Shown: positions 15,590-31,200, counted from the first letter of the stretch. The stretch is 64,000 bases of DNA from Camelus ferus (GCF_009834535.1 NC_045697.1:85314001-85378000), one strand, 5' to 3'. The notes: generated from the letters alone by a model not told the origin. Program-made: numbers and translations.

Positions 15590-18090
15590 TGCCTCAGATC
15601 AAAAGGGCCCGTTGAATACTTACACATAATCATAGTTAAATTCAGAAGATAATGAATAAAGAAATAATACTGTAAGAGGAACAAAACACAAGTCTCAAAA
15701 AGGAATAAGAATCAGATTCTTGTGATTCTTTATAGTAGCAATACTGGACAGAGTAAGGCAATGGAACAAAAACTCAAAACCAGTAACCGATAAAGGAAAA
15801 GAAAAGAGAATTGAACCTAGAATTTTATATCCTATCAAACTATCATTCAAACCTAAAAGCAAATAATGACACTTACAAATATACATGGATTCACAACATT
15901 TTTACCCCCAGCCTCTGAAAGATGAAAGATGTAATCCAGCAAGAAGAAAAATAAAACTTGGTTGAACCAATACTATAATAAAAAATAAGCAAAAATAAGT
16001 AAATTATAGGTTGTAAAACTTCAAAAGTTGTTTAAAATCAATCTGGACCTGTAATTCTAGTCACTGCTGCCACAGCAAATGGGAGGTATATGTGTATGTG
16101 GAGGATGCAGAGGGATGCAGAGGTGAGTAAAAGCATGTTCAGTTTGGAGGCTTATTTTAATTGACTGGCGCTAGAAGTTGTTAGAGAAAAAGTTATAACG
16201 TATGTTAAAAATTTTAGGACGCTCAGAAGAAATAGAAAAGGTGAAAAATTAGTTGGAGGAAGAATGAAAAGAAAACACAAAATAAAAGGAAAAAGTCAAA
16301 ACACAGACATAATTACAATGAATATGAATGAGTTTAAAATAATCTATGAGAAGTGGAAGTAACTCAGATGCCCAACAGATGAATGTATAAACAAAATGTG
16401 GTATAAACATACAATGGAATGTTATGCAGCCTTAAAAAAGAAGGAAAATTTGACATATGCTACAGCATGGATGAATCTTCAGGACCTTATGGTGAAAAAA
16501 GCCAGTCACAAAAATACAAAAACCATATGATTCTACTTATATGAACTATGTAAAATAGTCAAATTCTAGGGAAAAAAAATAGAATGGTGGTAGCGATGGG
16601 CTGGGGAGAGGAAGAAATGGGAAGTTGTTGTCTAATGGATATACAGTCTTATTCTGTAACATGAAAAAAAATCTGGAGATATGTTGCACAACAATGTAAA
16701 TATACTTTACACTACTGAACTGTAGGCATATAAACAGTTAAAATGATAAATTTTGTGTTGTATGTTTATATCATAGTTAGTTTTTTTAATTATTAAAAAA
16801 ATCACAAAAGACAGAGTCACTGAGTGTACTCAAAAATTAAAAGACAAAGGATGGCCCTCTAAAACACACGTCCCAAAACAAAGTCCCTCTTGCAAGGGCC
16901 TAAGAGCTAAACTGATTGGGATGGATATCAATTTTTTAAAAAAAAACTGAAATTATGTCATACATAACAATGAAACAGAACAATGAAATAAAAATCAATA
17001 GTATTAAACTATTTAGAACTTAGCAACAAGAATGAAAGCACTTCAAAACAAAACTTATAGGTGGAAACACAGTGGTACTTAATTGGAAAGATATATACCC
17101 TTGATTATTAAAAAAAAGAAGAAGAAAGGTTGAAAATAAATGGACTATATCTTGTAATCAGGAAGCATTTGGATGGGAAAAGGAAAATAAACTCTAAGAA
17201 AGTGGGAGGACGAACAACAATGATAAAAGAATAAATTCAAAAAATACAAAAAAAAGCATAGAATTGATTAAAATAAGAAGGACTTTTTTTTTAAAAAGTA
17301 ATAAAAAGAAAAATTTAGAGCAATTACAATCAAGAAAAATGTAAGGATACAATTAATAACAATAAGGTCATAAAAGGGAACATTACTGATTCCAAGACTT
17401 TTATAAAGTTATGAGGTTTTGGTAACTACCATCAGTAACCAATGAATTTGAACATCCCCTACATGAACTCGATAATTTTCCTGGGAAGATATAAATTACC
17501 AAAAGTGATCCAGGAAGTCACTGAAAACCCAACAGAACAGCAATAAAATAAGTTCAACAGGTAGCTAAAGATCTACCTGTACAAAAGTCTCCTGACTGGA
17601 GACAGATTTAAGATCAGGGAGCTGATAATACCCCTTTTATGTAAACAGATCCCGAATTTAGAAAAAATATTAAATCTAATCAGCTAATCTCACAGCCTAC
17701 AATATTCTGATTTAAAACTGGACAAATATACTACAAGATAAGAAACAAAGGGTTCAATTTCACTTTTGAACATGAATGCAAAACTCTTAAAAATATATCA
17801 ATAAATTAGCAAATAGAATCCAACAATGTATTTAAAGAAAATATGTAATATGTCAGATTTAAAATAGGCTGCAAATATGATTCTAATATCAGAAAAATCT
17901 TATCATTTTGGTTCCCTGCATAAACAAATTAACAGAAAAAAATGTTTCTTAGTAGTTGCCCCTAATTTTTCAAATAAAAGCCAACGTTCACTAATGTTTA
18001 AAAAGAAAATTCTTAGCAAATTAGAACTCAAAAGAAATGTTCTTAATTTAAAATGGATGTAAACCAGAAATCTGGAGTAAATATCACACC
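15590..18090 (+). mobile_element. Old L1 fragments (ORF1/ORF2 remnants) with an inserted L1MB-like 3' end at ~16357-16795
   Basis: A-rich; aacctagaattttatatcctatcaaactatcattcaa (ORF1-like), aaattagcaaatagaatccaacaatgtat (ORF2-like), caacagatgaatgtataaacaaaatgtggtata...acaatggaat (L1 3' end). Confidence 0.75.
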
Positions 18091-19149
18091 TGAGAATCAC
18101 ACACTAGCATAGTCTTTGAGAGGTCAGTGTTGAAGTCTGACTGCCTAAATTTGACCCTGGTAACCCCACCTCCTAGCTGTTGGATTTATATTTCTGGCAT
18201 CAGAAAGTGAAGAAGTGATCAGCTTTCTTAGACTTCCTTTTTCTTTCTCTAGTTGAACTGCCCTCTCTTTCCTTCACTCTAAATTCTCTTACTGGCCTCT
18301 CTCCATATAGCAAATGAGGCGAAGAGGGAGGAGAAATTTGATCCATGTGACTGTTCTCTGTATATGTCTGCTTGGAGGTCTGTTATCTTAAGGACAGAGT
18401 TAGCTTTATGTAGTCTGCCTCTATCGAATGATGTCCCTTCAAGGACAACCATACTGCCTGCAGCACTCGGATTCACCTGCCAATATGTATCTCCTTGTTG
18501 GGGATGGTTGCTTGTCTTAGGGATCACCTGGGCAGTCCCAGTGCCTTAGTCTCCCTCTACTAGTCTCAATGCTCTTCTAGGTGAAGCCATAGAAAACCAC
18601 TGGAGTTTTCTTCCAGATACTCAAAGGCTTATGAAGAAATAGGGTGTTGGTGTGGCCTTTCCACAATACACCTTTGGATTCATACATACTAAACTCTGGT
18701 CTCTTCATGACCAGCAAGGGTCAGTTGCTGTGGCTGTTCCTTCTGCAGAAATCTTCAGACGTGAAGCTGGCTCTAGTCTTTATGTTTAAGCATTCCCTTA
18801 AATTTTAATAGACATACATCACTTTCACTGCCCCCAGCCTGTAGGGACAAGAACAAAATACTGTACTTCTAAGCATATAGAACATTTTGCAGCAAGTACC
18901 CTTTCTTTCCAAATTTCGTCTCCTTTCCCGCCTTGGTAAATGCTGTCAGAGCTAGTGAGCCCTTTTGGCACCCAGAGTTAGACTAGGAATCTTATACCAA
19001 GGATCAGCCCTTTTTGAACTCGAACTTGGAGAAATTAGGAACTTTTTTTTTGACATGGATCTGTCTGTACTGTTAGCCTTACAGTATTTCGTAATGTCAA
19101 AAGGCAGAAAAGATTTCAATCAATCCTTCACACCATGTTTTAACATTAT

Positions 19150-20100
19150 GTGTAAAAATGAAACTTTAAAATACTAAGAGAAAATGTAGAAGAATATCTC
19201 TATGACTCTGAAGTGAAGAAACTCTACTTAAAGAATAATTTTTAATGCAAGAAATTAATATAGTGGAGCACATTTGTTTAAAACTTCTGAATAATTCAAT
19301 AAATCACTACAATATTAAAAGATAAACTATGGGCTAAGAAAAAATATTTGCAAATACTTGAAAGAAAAATAGACACAAATGAAAAAGTAATTAATAGGAG
19401 TAAAAACATAAATGGCCATTGAAAAAATGGCTACCTTAGTAATCAGGGAAAGATAAATCGAAGCAACAGTGCAATAACACTTTTAATCTCAAAGTTAGGC
19501 AAAAATCTGAAAGCTAAGCATGGCCCCCATCATTGGTGAGGTGTGGAGAAATGGGTGTTCTCACACGCAATTTGTACAAAGATAAACTGAATGATCCACT
19601 TTTGGGAGAAATTGAACAGTATCTGTTAAACCTAAAAATGTACGTACTCTTATCCAGCAGTTCTACTTATAGGTTCCCACTCTTAACAGAAACACTAGCA
19701 CATATGCTCAAGGAGAATTGTAAAAGAATGTTGTTACAATATTCATTGTAATTGCAATTATAAATTCAAATACGATACAGTCACAGAGCTACTAAAGTGA
19801 ATAAGCTAGATTTGCGTGTCTCAAAATAAGTAGGTCTCAAATACATAATGTTGAGTGATATAGTGACTTATACCATTATTTGTACACTATTACTTATATG
19901 AAAAAGAACAAAACATACCCAACTACGCTATAGATTTTTATGGATATATAGAGGTGAGTGAAATATTTTAAAGTTTTGAAAAATATGCATTGAAGCACAA
20001 AATTGTTTATCTCAGCAGAGAAAAGAAAGAGACCAGGATTAGAGAGGGTTTTCAAAGGTGCTTAAGCTTTAACCACAATACTTTAGTTTTTTATGAAAAG
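19150..20100 (+). mobile_element. Old L1 (L1ME-like) ORF2 end and 3'UTR fragment
   Basis: attggtgaggtgtggagaaatgggtgttctcaca...gaaacactagcacatatgctcaaggag. Confidence 0.6.
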
Positions 20101-21590
20101 GATTTTTTTTTCCATTACTTAATTAACTTTAAAAAGTAAAAACCAAGGAAAAAGAGAATAGACTTTGGAGCCAGAAAGATTATGCTTTAGTTTTCAGTTT
20201 CTAGTTCCACGTTGAAAAAATGTTTAATGTCTGAAAATCAGTTTCCTCTTTTACTAGAAAGGGAAAGTCATATATAGATGTAGATACACATATATGTAAA
20301 AATATAAATATATGTATATATAGGGAGAGAGACTATTGAATGAGTTGATTTGTGTAACACACAGAGCACTGTGTCTGCTAATATAGCAGGTGCTCAAAAA
20401 ATGCCAGTTTCCTCCCCGATTCAATGAAAATAGAGCATGCACAATGGTGCTTAACCCTTTTATGAGGGTGCACCTCATTTGTGGGTTCACAGTCTATATT
20501 CAATCTATCTGAGAAACACTTGACCAAGAGGATGGAAAAGAACCCAAATCTTAAATTCAGACATGATTCATTAAACTGCATAGAGCCTGGACTTCTCTTT
20601 AAAGCTCATCTGACAGTTTTAAAACACATTTTCCAGTCAAAGGAGCTGTAACATTATTAAACTAATTACCTTAGAAAACTAAAGGAAAGAGCCAAAAAGA
20701 TCTTTGAAAAACATTTTTTTTTTGCCTCTTTGACAAATATTTCTAGGCACAGTAAAATTAAATATCCCACTGTAAAAAGATAGAGTGCCTCCAACTGGGA
20801 TATTACTTTCTGAATAATCCTGTGGATAGTCCTAGTTTGAACACCAAACTTTAACTCACTCTTAGAGGTTTGTTAGAATCGTAAACTGCCGGAGTACAGT
20901 TTTATGAAGGACAGGAGGACCCCAGACTGAACTCGGCCAATTAAACAGATTAAATTTTAGCTGTGAATTCAGGCCAGGGCCATGCTTTATTGTTGTACTA
21001 CAGAATAAACATAAACTCACCAATGCAGTGAAGCTTGCAGCTGGTGAAAGTTCTTTTCCCAGTTTTCCCAATGGAAACATTTATTTATTTAGCTCCGATT
21101 ATAAAGTTAAAGAGGAATCGAATTCATCTAAGGCAGAAAAATAAAGAAAGAAAACATCTGTAGCAGAAGAAATAAACATTTGGGACTAAATTGATTCTCA
21201 GTTATTTGCAAACTATTTTAATTTGAATTAGATACAAGTATTTGAGGTGTATAAATCCACAGAGCAATAAAATATACCTTAAAAATGTAATATACCAGTG
21301 TACAAGTAGCAATGAAGATAATTTGTCTAGAAAAGCATTTAGCCTTAAGAACTCTGTATCCAAATACAATTATTGACGTAAGATGAAATTTTTTGTTTAA
21401 GTTGACCCATATATTTTTCTTTAAAAAAATAAAAACTGTCTGAAAAGAATGAGAATAAGTTCATATTTGTAAAATCTTTGACAATTTGAAGTTGGAGGCA
21501 GAGGCAGGACAGGGGTGTTACTTATAAAGATTAAGTGTTAATGCTTTACCTTGAGGTTGACTAGTTCTTGATTTAAAAACTAGTCATTTT

Positions 21591-21890
21591 CTAGACTCAC
21601 GGACATAGAAAACTATGGTTACCAAAGGGGAAAGAGAAGGGGAGGAATAAATTAGGAGTTTGGGATTAACAGATACACATTACTATATATAAAACAGATA
21701 AAGAACAAGGACCTACTGTATAGCACAGGAACTATATTCAATTTCTTGCAACACATAAAATGAAAAAGAATCTTAAAAAAAAGTATGTATATGTGTAACT
21801 GAATCACTTTGCTGTACACCTGAAACTAATATTGTAAATCAATTACACTTCAATTAAAAATAAAATTTAAAAAAATATAAAAACAAACAA
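21591..21890 (+). mobile_element. 5'-truncated artiodactyl-type L1 3' end
   Basis: agactcacggacatagaa...tactgtatagcacagg...ctgaatcactttgctgtacacctgaaact, A-rich tail, imperfect TSD aaaactagtcatttt / aaaattggtcatttt. Confidence 0.85.
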
Positions 21891-24800
21891 AAATTGGTCA
21901 TTTTCCTCACACAGCCACTTAAGGTATCATAAAGCCATTAGCACTTCATCTTGTGATAACCTGTACACATATATGAAAAAAAAAGGCACCATCATTCTGT
22001 AGTAATTGCCATGTGATCTAAAAGGCTTGTAAGAAATGCTTTCAAGGAGAGTACACTAAATATAAAATTTGTACATTGACATGGCAGGAGCTGTTAATGC
22101 TTTATGTAATAAAAATAGCTATTATGAGTATTTGCACAATTTAAAACTTCCTTTAAGATTTCTCCCCTTAGAGATGTACAGGGATAAATAGATATAATCC
22201 CCTTCAAGACCCACTTCTGTCTCTTGGGAATATTGCCTCTTTGAGGAGTTACATTATGTGTCAAAAACCATATGGCCTTAAGAACTCTGGTCCACTTTCT
22301 CATGGTGGTTTTCATGGCATTCTAATGCCCAGAAAGGCATGGGATCAGCTAGACTAGACTGACACTTTTTGAACCAATGTGTACTAATTTGGGGCTTTGC
22401 TTGGGGCCCTCCCTCTCATGCACATACATATATAAGCACACATGCATTCACTCAAATTGCTAGGAATCAAAAGCAGGCGGAACATTATAGTAGTTCCCAG
22501 ATGCTGTTATAATCAAATCTGAATTAGCCATTGGCAAGTACCTCCTGCCAGGGAGAAGAGTAATGAATCCTGACAGGTGGGACACCTGGGCCCCAAACCA
22601 GAGAAATTCCCTTGCCTAGCAAGGCCTAATGTCGCTACCCATACAACATGGCCCTCCTTCCCCATGCCCTGACTCTTAGCAACGTGGCCTCTGCCACCTT
22701 TCCTGATTTATTACTAAACCTCCAGAGGGGCCCAATCCAGCAACCAGCCTGATTCCTCACCTTTCCCAAACAGCCCCGGTGCGTTCATGCCTCCACCTAG
22801 GGTCTCCTACCGTTTTCAGCTGCAGTGTCCTCCTCTCACACTCTGCCTACCAATTCTGCTTATCCTTCAAACTGAAAAATAAAAACAAAATACAGACAAA
22901 ACCACACGCACAAATACACATTCTACTTCTTTGATTTCTCCTTGATCGTCCTAGGAAAATGACCTCTGTCTGATCTGACTATCAGATACACTCATCTATA
23001 TTGTCTGTTTCACTTCCTGTCATTCGGGACTTTGGTTATAGGTACTTTCTCTCCAAACATAGTAAGCAGTTGAGAAAAGAGGATCAGGAATAAGAATCTC
23101 ATGGAACAGGTCTGTCTTATTCAAACGCTGCCTCACATGGGCTGCAGAGTTCTCTCTACAACTCAGTTTCCTCAGCTGCAAAACAAGGGAACTGGGTGAG
23201 TTAATCTCAAAGATACCTTCGAATTAAAAAAATTATTAACTCTAGCATGCTACTGGAATTGGTAAGGTTTTTATTTTTTAATTTCATACTTTTCACTCAT
23301 TGTCTTAGTTTCCTAGGTCTGCTCTAACAAAGTACCACAATTTTCTGCTACCCTGCCTCCCATCACTTAAGTATAATTGATAGTTGGCCATAATCACCTG
23401 TCTCAAAAGAATATCATAAAAACAATATAATAAGAAAGATTTTAAAGCACATGGGAAACGATTTATCAGGCCCTACCAATAAATAGGAGCCAAGCTATTT
23501 GCATTTCAAAGACATATTAATTCTTTCAGACCATAATAATGTGACTAGTAATATGAATCCTGATATTAAGCCTAACTCTTATGATACTTAATCAAAAGAT
23601 CCCTTTGAAAAGTTGATCCTCTATGAGGAACAAGTATCAATTATATTGCATTTCTTTCTCCAGTCTGATGGCCCCTTTTTAATCTCTTGGAATTTGTAAA
23701 ATGCAATATCTTTGTGGAGCTAATCTGGTGATGAAAATTTGATAATGGATTTAAACCAAATATGAAGTATATTTCTCATGTAATAAATGTAACATTGATG
23801 GATTTTTAATAAACGTACTGTCAGAATACTATGGTTTCTGTCTTTAAACTCTTTTCTAAATCATTCAAGCCTATCTTTAAGCTTGTGGATTTAATATATT
23901 CACGTTAGTTCTAAACCCAGAGGCACCTAGCCAAGACTCATACTGGTGTTTGCCAGTGTTCCTCCAGCCCTCAACCTTTGTAACGACGCAGGCAAATTTT
24001 GATGTTGAATTCAGGAAGTGGTGTGAAACTCTTACTGAAGCCTGGACAGATTGTCAGTGTTTTCTTAGGAAGAAAATATGCATTCTGAATCAAACAGTCG
24101 GATTCTGAAAATAAATTTCTCCAGGAATTCTAAGGTGCCAGAGAAACCCTATGAAAGCAGTAAAAGAAATTGATGGGTTCCACAAGAATGGAGTGCGGGT
24201 GCAGAACCTCCTGATCTAACCTGTGCCTCAGGGTTACTCTTTCCTTGAATCCTACCCTCCTCCCCCAGCCACATCCTACCCCATCTCCCCACTGCTACTC
24301 TTTAACAGGGAAAACCGAGAGGTGCTTCCTTGCCAAACCCCACACAAGTAGAGTTCTGTCCTCCCCTCTGGTTGGCCAACGTGCCAGTATTCCTCAGGCT
24401 GCCTTTATTAAATCGCCCACCCTGGATTCAAAGAAATTCATAAAAAGTAAAATATATACTCTTTTATGCACAAACATACAACTCAGCATTTCAGTTTTAC
24501 TAACCAGGTAAATACATCTTACTTTTACAAAATGGTATAAAAGTCACCCATTATTTGAAGAACTAAATGTGTAAAAATGCAAAAATTTTTATTCCAATAG
24601 CTTAACTTCCAATAAATGTATTTTATTACAAAATTAAATTATATAAGTCACAGTACCCATGAATTGTATCAGCTAGATCGTTAAAAATCACTGCCAATAT
24701 GTATTTTCAAGTTCATAGTTAATGGAGTCCTTAAATTGCTGAAGACAATTTTGAGGCTGCTTTCTTTGCTGATTAAAACATTATAATTTGTATAATGTGT

Positions 24801-26105
24801 AACAATTTAAAAATTCACCTCAATTCTGTACTGATAAAGAGATGACCTAAAACTGATTGCCAATTCTAATAATTACATGTAAAGCTACTAATATTTTTTT
24901 TTGCTTTCCTTTCTACTCTTCAAACATTTTTTGTTATTAAAAGTGTTACAACATAAAATTGCAACCTCCCAAAAAGTCACAAAAGTCAACTATTTAGTAC
25001 TATTCAACTAGAGAAATTGCTCATCTCTGGATAAAGTAGTGCACAGTAGAGGATAATTTTTATAGACATGTGTTGTTCTATATTTACTTCAATAAAATAA
25101 ATATTGTTTGGTAAAGTAGAAAAGCAGTGGCTAAGTTTTTTTTTTTAATGCTGGATTCTATAGTGAGCAGGTGTGAATGATCTTCTTTTAGAAGTAAGTC
25201 ACTCATTAAGTTAGATAATTTAAACCAAATTCACCCAAGAATTTATCACTTTAAAATGAAATTCTCCCTCATTTTCCCTCCAAGCAGTAAGAAGCAATTT
25301 CAGTAAATACAGTATTTAACTTAATGGGTTTGCATCTAATCATCACCCAAGGGTTATTCTTATGGCTCCCATCGCAGTGTACCAATCTAGGTGATTTCTC
25401 CTGGAAAGCACAGATCTTCTAGAACAGTACATTGCTTTCACATTCAATTACATACAACAAACTTCCCAGAACCCCAGGAAAACATAGCTTCCACATGTTG
25501 GAGTGTAAGAATGTTGGGGAAAATTAACTGCAAATGTGAACTCATTTGTTATATCTACCTCTTTATTCAATAAATGATAAATACACATTTGATTCATCTT
25601 TCTTCCACTAAGCTATTACAAACAATAATTCTAAATACCAGATATAAATAATCTTTAAGAGATTCATGCATTAATACAGTTGGAGGCATAGCCCTTCTAC
25701 ATAATTTGTTCTAAACAACCCTTCTGCCATTTTCTTCTGTTTTCCATGGTCTTATCTTCACATAGTTAAGTGAATCGTCAGTCTTTTCTTCATGTCTTTG
25801 GTCATCTAAATCCATCAATCTAGAACACTGTTTCTCTTTTCTAATCCAAACCTTGAAGGCTTTTTTGATTCATCAGACCCCATCACCTTCTTTATGAACA
25901 AGTGATTTCAGTATTTAAACAGCTGCTGAGATGTGAACATGGTATCACTATTCTGGTTCTACTGAAGATAATCTATTTCCATGAACAAATAATATTGTGA
26001 TTATAAATGTTTTTATATATATATAGATGTTGCACAATCTTTCAGAAATAAAGAAAATAATAAAGATCTCTGAAAAACAGCTCATCCTAACCTGAAATTT
26101 GCTTC

Positions 26106-26300
26106 TTTTTTTTATTGAAGTTTAGTCAGTTTACAATGTTGTGTCAATTTCTGGTGTACAGCATAATGCTTCAGTCATACATATACATACATATATTCCT
26201 TTTCATATTCCTTTTCATTATAGGTTACTACAAGATATTGAATATAGTTCCCTGTGCTATACAGTATACACTTGTTGTTTATATATTTTATATATATTAG
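26106..26300 (-). mobile_element. 5'-truncated L1 3' end (camelid/artiodactyl type)
   Basis: Poly-T then ttacaatgttgtgtcaatttctggtgtacagc...gaatatagttccctgtgctatacagta. Confidence 0.85.
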
Positions 26301-26453
26301 TCAGTATCCACAAGGAACTTTCTTCTTTAATTAGTTTTTGACCCTGCTGTCTACAAAGCCAGAGACTGATTTATTGGCACAATATTATATTTGTGTATGA
26401 TATTATTAACATTGAAGAAGATTATCAAAAAGAACATTTATCTGCTTTAAATA

Positions 26454-26933
26454 CAGGCACGTCTCTTTTTCTTGTGCTTCACTTTACTGTGCTGTGCAGA
26501 TACTGCATTTTTTACAAACTGAAGGTCTATGGTAGCCCTGCCTCGAGCAAGTCTTACTGGTGCCATTTCTCCAACAGCGTTTGATCATCTCCTATGTCTG
26601 TGTCACATTTTGGTAATTCTCACAATACTTCAAAACTTTTTCATCATTATTGAATTTGTTATGGTGATCTGTGGTCAGTGCTCTTTGATGTTACTATTGC
26701 AAACAGATCATGACTTGCTGAAGACTCAGATGTTGGTTAGCTTTTTTAGCAATAAAATATTTTAATGAAGGTATGTACATTGTAATTTTAGACATAATGC
26801 CATTGCACACTCAGTAAACTCCAGTAAAGCATAAATATAACTTTTATATGCATTGGCAAACCAGAAAATTTGTGTAACTTGCTTTATTGTGGTGGTCTGG
26901 AACCGAACTTAGAGTATCTGTGATGTACGCTTA
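26454..26933 (+). mobile_element. Tigger1-derived non-autonomous DNA transposon (Tc1/mariner)
   Basis: TA-flanked; caggcacgtc...gtgcttcactttactgtgc...cagatactgcattttttacaaactgaagg left end and gtggtctggaaccgaac...gtacgctta right end, internally deleted. Confidence 0.85.
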
Positions 26934-28139
26934 TATTGAATTTCTGTTCAGATTAGCAGACTCAAATATTTGTCACACACCTTCCACAGGAAGTTCATGG
27001 CCACATTTCTGTGTAAGTTACCGGAGTATGTATACAATTTCTCAGACGTCTCCATATATTTAAAACCCAATAACATCTTTGGCCAGAATTTAAAAAGAAG
27101 AGAAGGTTTTATTTTTTAAAAGATTCTTTCCTTTCTTTCCTCTAATCAATGGTTATTCTCATGGCTGAATTTTATACTTTTTCTTTAAACTGTTAGATTT
27201 CAAATTGAATTTTAGTGTCTTTGCAGAATGATGCATACAATTGTATCACCCTAAAAAAGGTTTAAACAGAAGAAAATTGTTCCTCCAAGAATAAAAATAG
27301 ATAAAGAGCTCATTTGTCTAGGAATCTTTCTTTAATCATTTGCCCATGTGGGGACAGTCCTGTGGAGGTGGCACCCAGTGGCTATGCCCTTCACCCCCAA
27401 CCACCACAATTGCCCATTACCAAGCAGGTCTGACTCTGTGCTCTCCTTCCTGTTCTAGTCCTCTGGGTAAGTCCTCCTTGCATCTAACACACCTCTTTCC
27501 CCACTTCAAGCCATAAATTTATAAGTGAAGATATTTAAGGTCAGAGTCTTTGTCTGAGTCTCTAAGATGTCTTTTCTGACCTTTACTCCTTTAGGAGATA
27601 GAGGGATGAGGTAGAAGAGGCATTACTCCATAATTCAAAAGAAGGCAGTATCACAAATTCCCCAGGGGTTCAACTTGACTTCTAACAATTCTTGGATGAA
27701 CAAATATCTAATCTATGCTACTGTGCCCACACGGTAGGTGACAAGTGTGAAAAGCTGTCCCTGTGCGTCTTTGGATGTAATAGTTGGTATTAACATTGTG
27801 GCTACCTCCCCCTTATTCTTCCTTAATTTTGTGTCTATGAGTGATTTTTCTGTATCTAAAAATTATAAATGCAAAGTTTTAGCACTGTTCATACCCTTTT
27901 GGAGGGATAGCTAACTTATACTAGGTACTCTATAAATATAGGCAAATGAATAAAAAAGAGTAAAACTTTTAAAAGGACTGGCAAATTGGCCAAAATTACA
28001 GACATCTTCTCAATAACTCTCATAATGCCCACAAGAGGAACATAGTCATAAGAAATAACACAACAAGCATTATTCAGAAGTTGCTATTCTTGTAAAACTT
28101 TGTTCCAGCTTAGTCTTATCTTGCAAAATCTCCCCCCAT

Positions 28140-28262
28140 TATTTGTGTCCAGACAGGGATTTTTGTTCATTTTGCTCTCTGCTGTATCCTTACTGCCTGG
28201 AACAGTATTTGGTACACAGAAGGCACTCAATAAATACTACTGAACAAATGAAGGAATGAATA
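28140..28262 (+). mobile_element. L2 3' terminus
   Basis: gacagggatttttgttc...gcctggaacagtatttggtacacagaaggcactcaataaata...aatgaaggaatgaa. Confidence 0.75.
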
Positions 28263-31200
28263 ACAAACGACAACAGTGGAGTTTAATATTTATTGAGTAC
28301 TTACTAGTGAAACACCGGTCAAATTCCCACCTAGACCTTCTCAGCTTTCTTTACAAACGCAAGGAATTTTAGATCACTTAGAAAAACAATCCAGATACAA
28401 AAACACTGAAGCAGAGCTGTACCTGGATGATTCAAGCACTCATAAATGTATGCACGTACATTTATAAAGAAAATAATTTTTTTCAGCTAGACTTACACAA
28501 TTCAGTAAAGTACAAAATAGGTGTTTTGCCTGAATTACCTTGTTATTGTTTGGAGTTTCCATATTATTGTCTTACTTCATAGTAAACATTGGTTAACAAG
28601 TGGAAAGTTAAAACACTTACTCTTAATTTTACTTATTGAGGTTTTTGTGGAAATTATATGAGATGATGAATATAAAACAGAGTGAGAGCCTTGCAGATAC
28701 TAAATGTTCAATAAGCGTTAGTTATTCTTGTTACTTCCTAAGATACTGTTACCCCAGGTGCACTTATAACTCTAAGGCAAATCAGTGGTAGACTACTGAT
28801 GGCCAAGATTCGTCTTTCAATTAAGAATATATGACTATGATAGCACTATATTCTCTTCAAAGTGATTTACACTGTTTACTTGAGAATAATCTCTAGGACT
28901 TTCATTGTGGGCAGTCCATCACTTTACTCATGGCTGCTCCAATACAAGTCACCCAGGGAAGGGAGAGAAGTGTGATTGGCTGGAACTTACGGAGATATTG
29001 GCAAGTGTCAATAATCCACAATGACCACATAAGTAAGTATGAAACTAAAATGAGAAATATTAAGTAATGTGCATATTTCCCTTGGAAAGGTCAGCTTTAC
29101 TTTGGTGTGGATAAAAGTGTGATGGGCATATGGTAATCCTCCTTTCACAGAAAACAAGCAGAAGCAGCATATGGTCTCCACACTTGCGGTTAATACCTGG
29201 ACAGTATGCTCCGGATAGATAAGGCACCATACCGAATATTTGGCTTTAAAAGATGTTTCTCAAAGTTGAGTTAAATGAAAAGCTTCAGAATCTCAACTCT
29301 CCTGCCCTGTTAGTATCTATGGCCATGGCTTATATTTTTATGATATGAGATAATGACATTAAGTGAATTAATAAGGTGGAGGGAAGACTCCAATGATTGC
29401 ATATTTAAGCCAGTGAAAGCAAGCTTTCTTCTCTTAAACTGAGAGAGCTAATGTTAAAACAGAGCTCTGAATGCCCTCTCTCTCTGGATCTCATTCAGGT
29501 TGACGAACCATTAGACTCCTTAACTTCCCAACCGAACTCTTTAAAGGAATCTATTAGTAAATGAGAGTCACTAATTAAAGAAAAAAAAAGTGTGAAGAAT
29601 TTCCAGAGTTTAATTCAGCTTCAACTTTCTATTCAAATTTGTTTGCTTATGCAAAACGCATGACAAACACTCTGAAAAGGATAAGACAGAAATCTCAGAA
29701 GAGCAAGCTCTTTACTATATATAAATACCAAACTGTGAAAGATGTTAGGTTATTAAAGTACACATCATGCTGTACCTCAATGTTATCTCATAACACTTTA
29801 ATCTTTTACTGTTATCAATATTCACTATATAATAATGACTCTCTTTATTGACTAACTGGCCAAAAATATATACCCCAGAGACCAAGCAATCAGTAGCAAG
29901 AACCATAAGAAATAATGGTATCAAAATTTTCTCCCATATTTAAGCTCTCCTTTCACTTTAGTGATGGGGACTTTGCTGACAGAGAAAATCAGACCAGGAG
30001 TAGCTGATACAATATTCTTGAAACAGAAGCAGAGACTCTCAGATGCATGCATTCCTTTCCTAACGTAAGGAAAGCTACAGGTCCATGACTTTTCAAAAAC
30101 TGTGTTCTTTTCTGACGTATCTAAAAGAGCAATGTAAACAATACCTTCAGCAAATAGCAGAATAATACTTTCTACCCCTGAGTTTTGTTTCCACTCAGTG
30201 TCCATTAAAACGACAAAGCAAGGAAAGTAAGGTACAGAAAATTGTAAACCTGGAAGGAACTCCTGGAAGATTTAAGCTAATGTTCAAAGGAGCAAAATTA
30301 GTGACAGAAATTGTAAGACAAACACTCACTAAGCCTTTATAATGGGCAGCAAGTTTCTTTGGGTGCAGGTGAGAGTATATGAAATTGCTGGGCCCGTTTT
30401 TGGCTGAGTCTCAGGGCTTGGGTCTGGAAGGTGACACCCTGCTTTATAGAATTGCTTTTGACAGCTCTGTTCCTCCACAGCAATAGCTCAGCATGAGGGG
30501 AGTCCCTTTGCGACATTAGGAGTGGTGGGGATTAAGGCGAAGATGTGGTATCACTGCAGGGCATGGGCAAGGTCATATAACATCCTAAGCACTACATTCT
30601 GCTTCTGAAACGTAGAGCTTCCTCCTCTCTTCTCCTTCACAGTAGTCCGGTGTTGATGGGAAGGGGACAGTTGGAGATATAAGACCTGGAACAAATTGCA
30701 CTGACATGAACTCAACGCAAACCACATGTTCACGACCGATTTCGAACTTGTGTTCCTCAGAAGAAATCAAAGGCATAATTTTCTTTCTTAAACAATTAAA
30801 CAGGCCTTTTTGTCAGTATTTAAGAGGGCCCTCCTACCCTTAGGGAAAATGCTCCCTCTCCTCGATTTCATAATGTTGTTTTCTTTGCCTACCCTTTTGA
30901 TGATGTGAAAACCATATGATTTTTCCTCTAATATACTTTGATTTGCTACGAGTAAATGACTTATCAAACTATAAATTGGTAACATTTGCATCCAGAGGTG
31001 ATTTCAAATCCATTTGACTTTAATCAGTATTTCGATCTAGTCCATTAATATCTTAATTATCATCACTTTCAACTAAGTTAAGTTTGGGTTGATTCAGGTT
31101 TGGAGAATTTTAATTTTGATCAGCAGAAACATGCTTATGAAAGTGACATGATGCTGTAAATTTGCTGCCTCACAAGGGAGAGGCTTTCGTGAAAATCATT

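Noticed and set aside
18180..18960. GC-raised segment between L1 fragments, considered as a processed pseudogene
   Set aside because: No recognisable protein in the listed ORFs and no poly(A) tail or TSD; identity unresolved without a database search.
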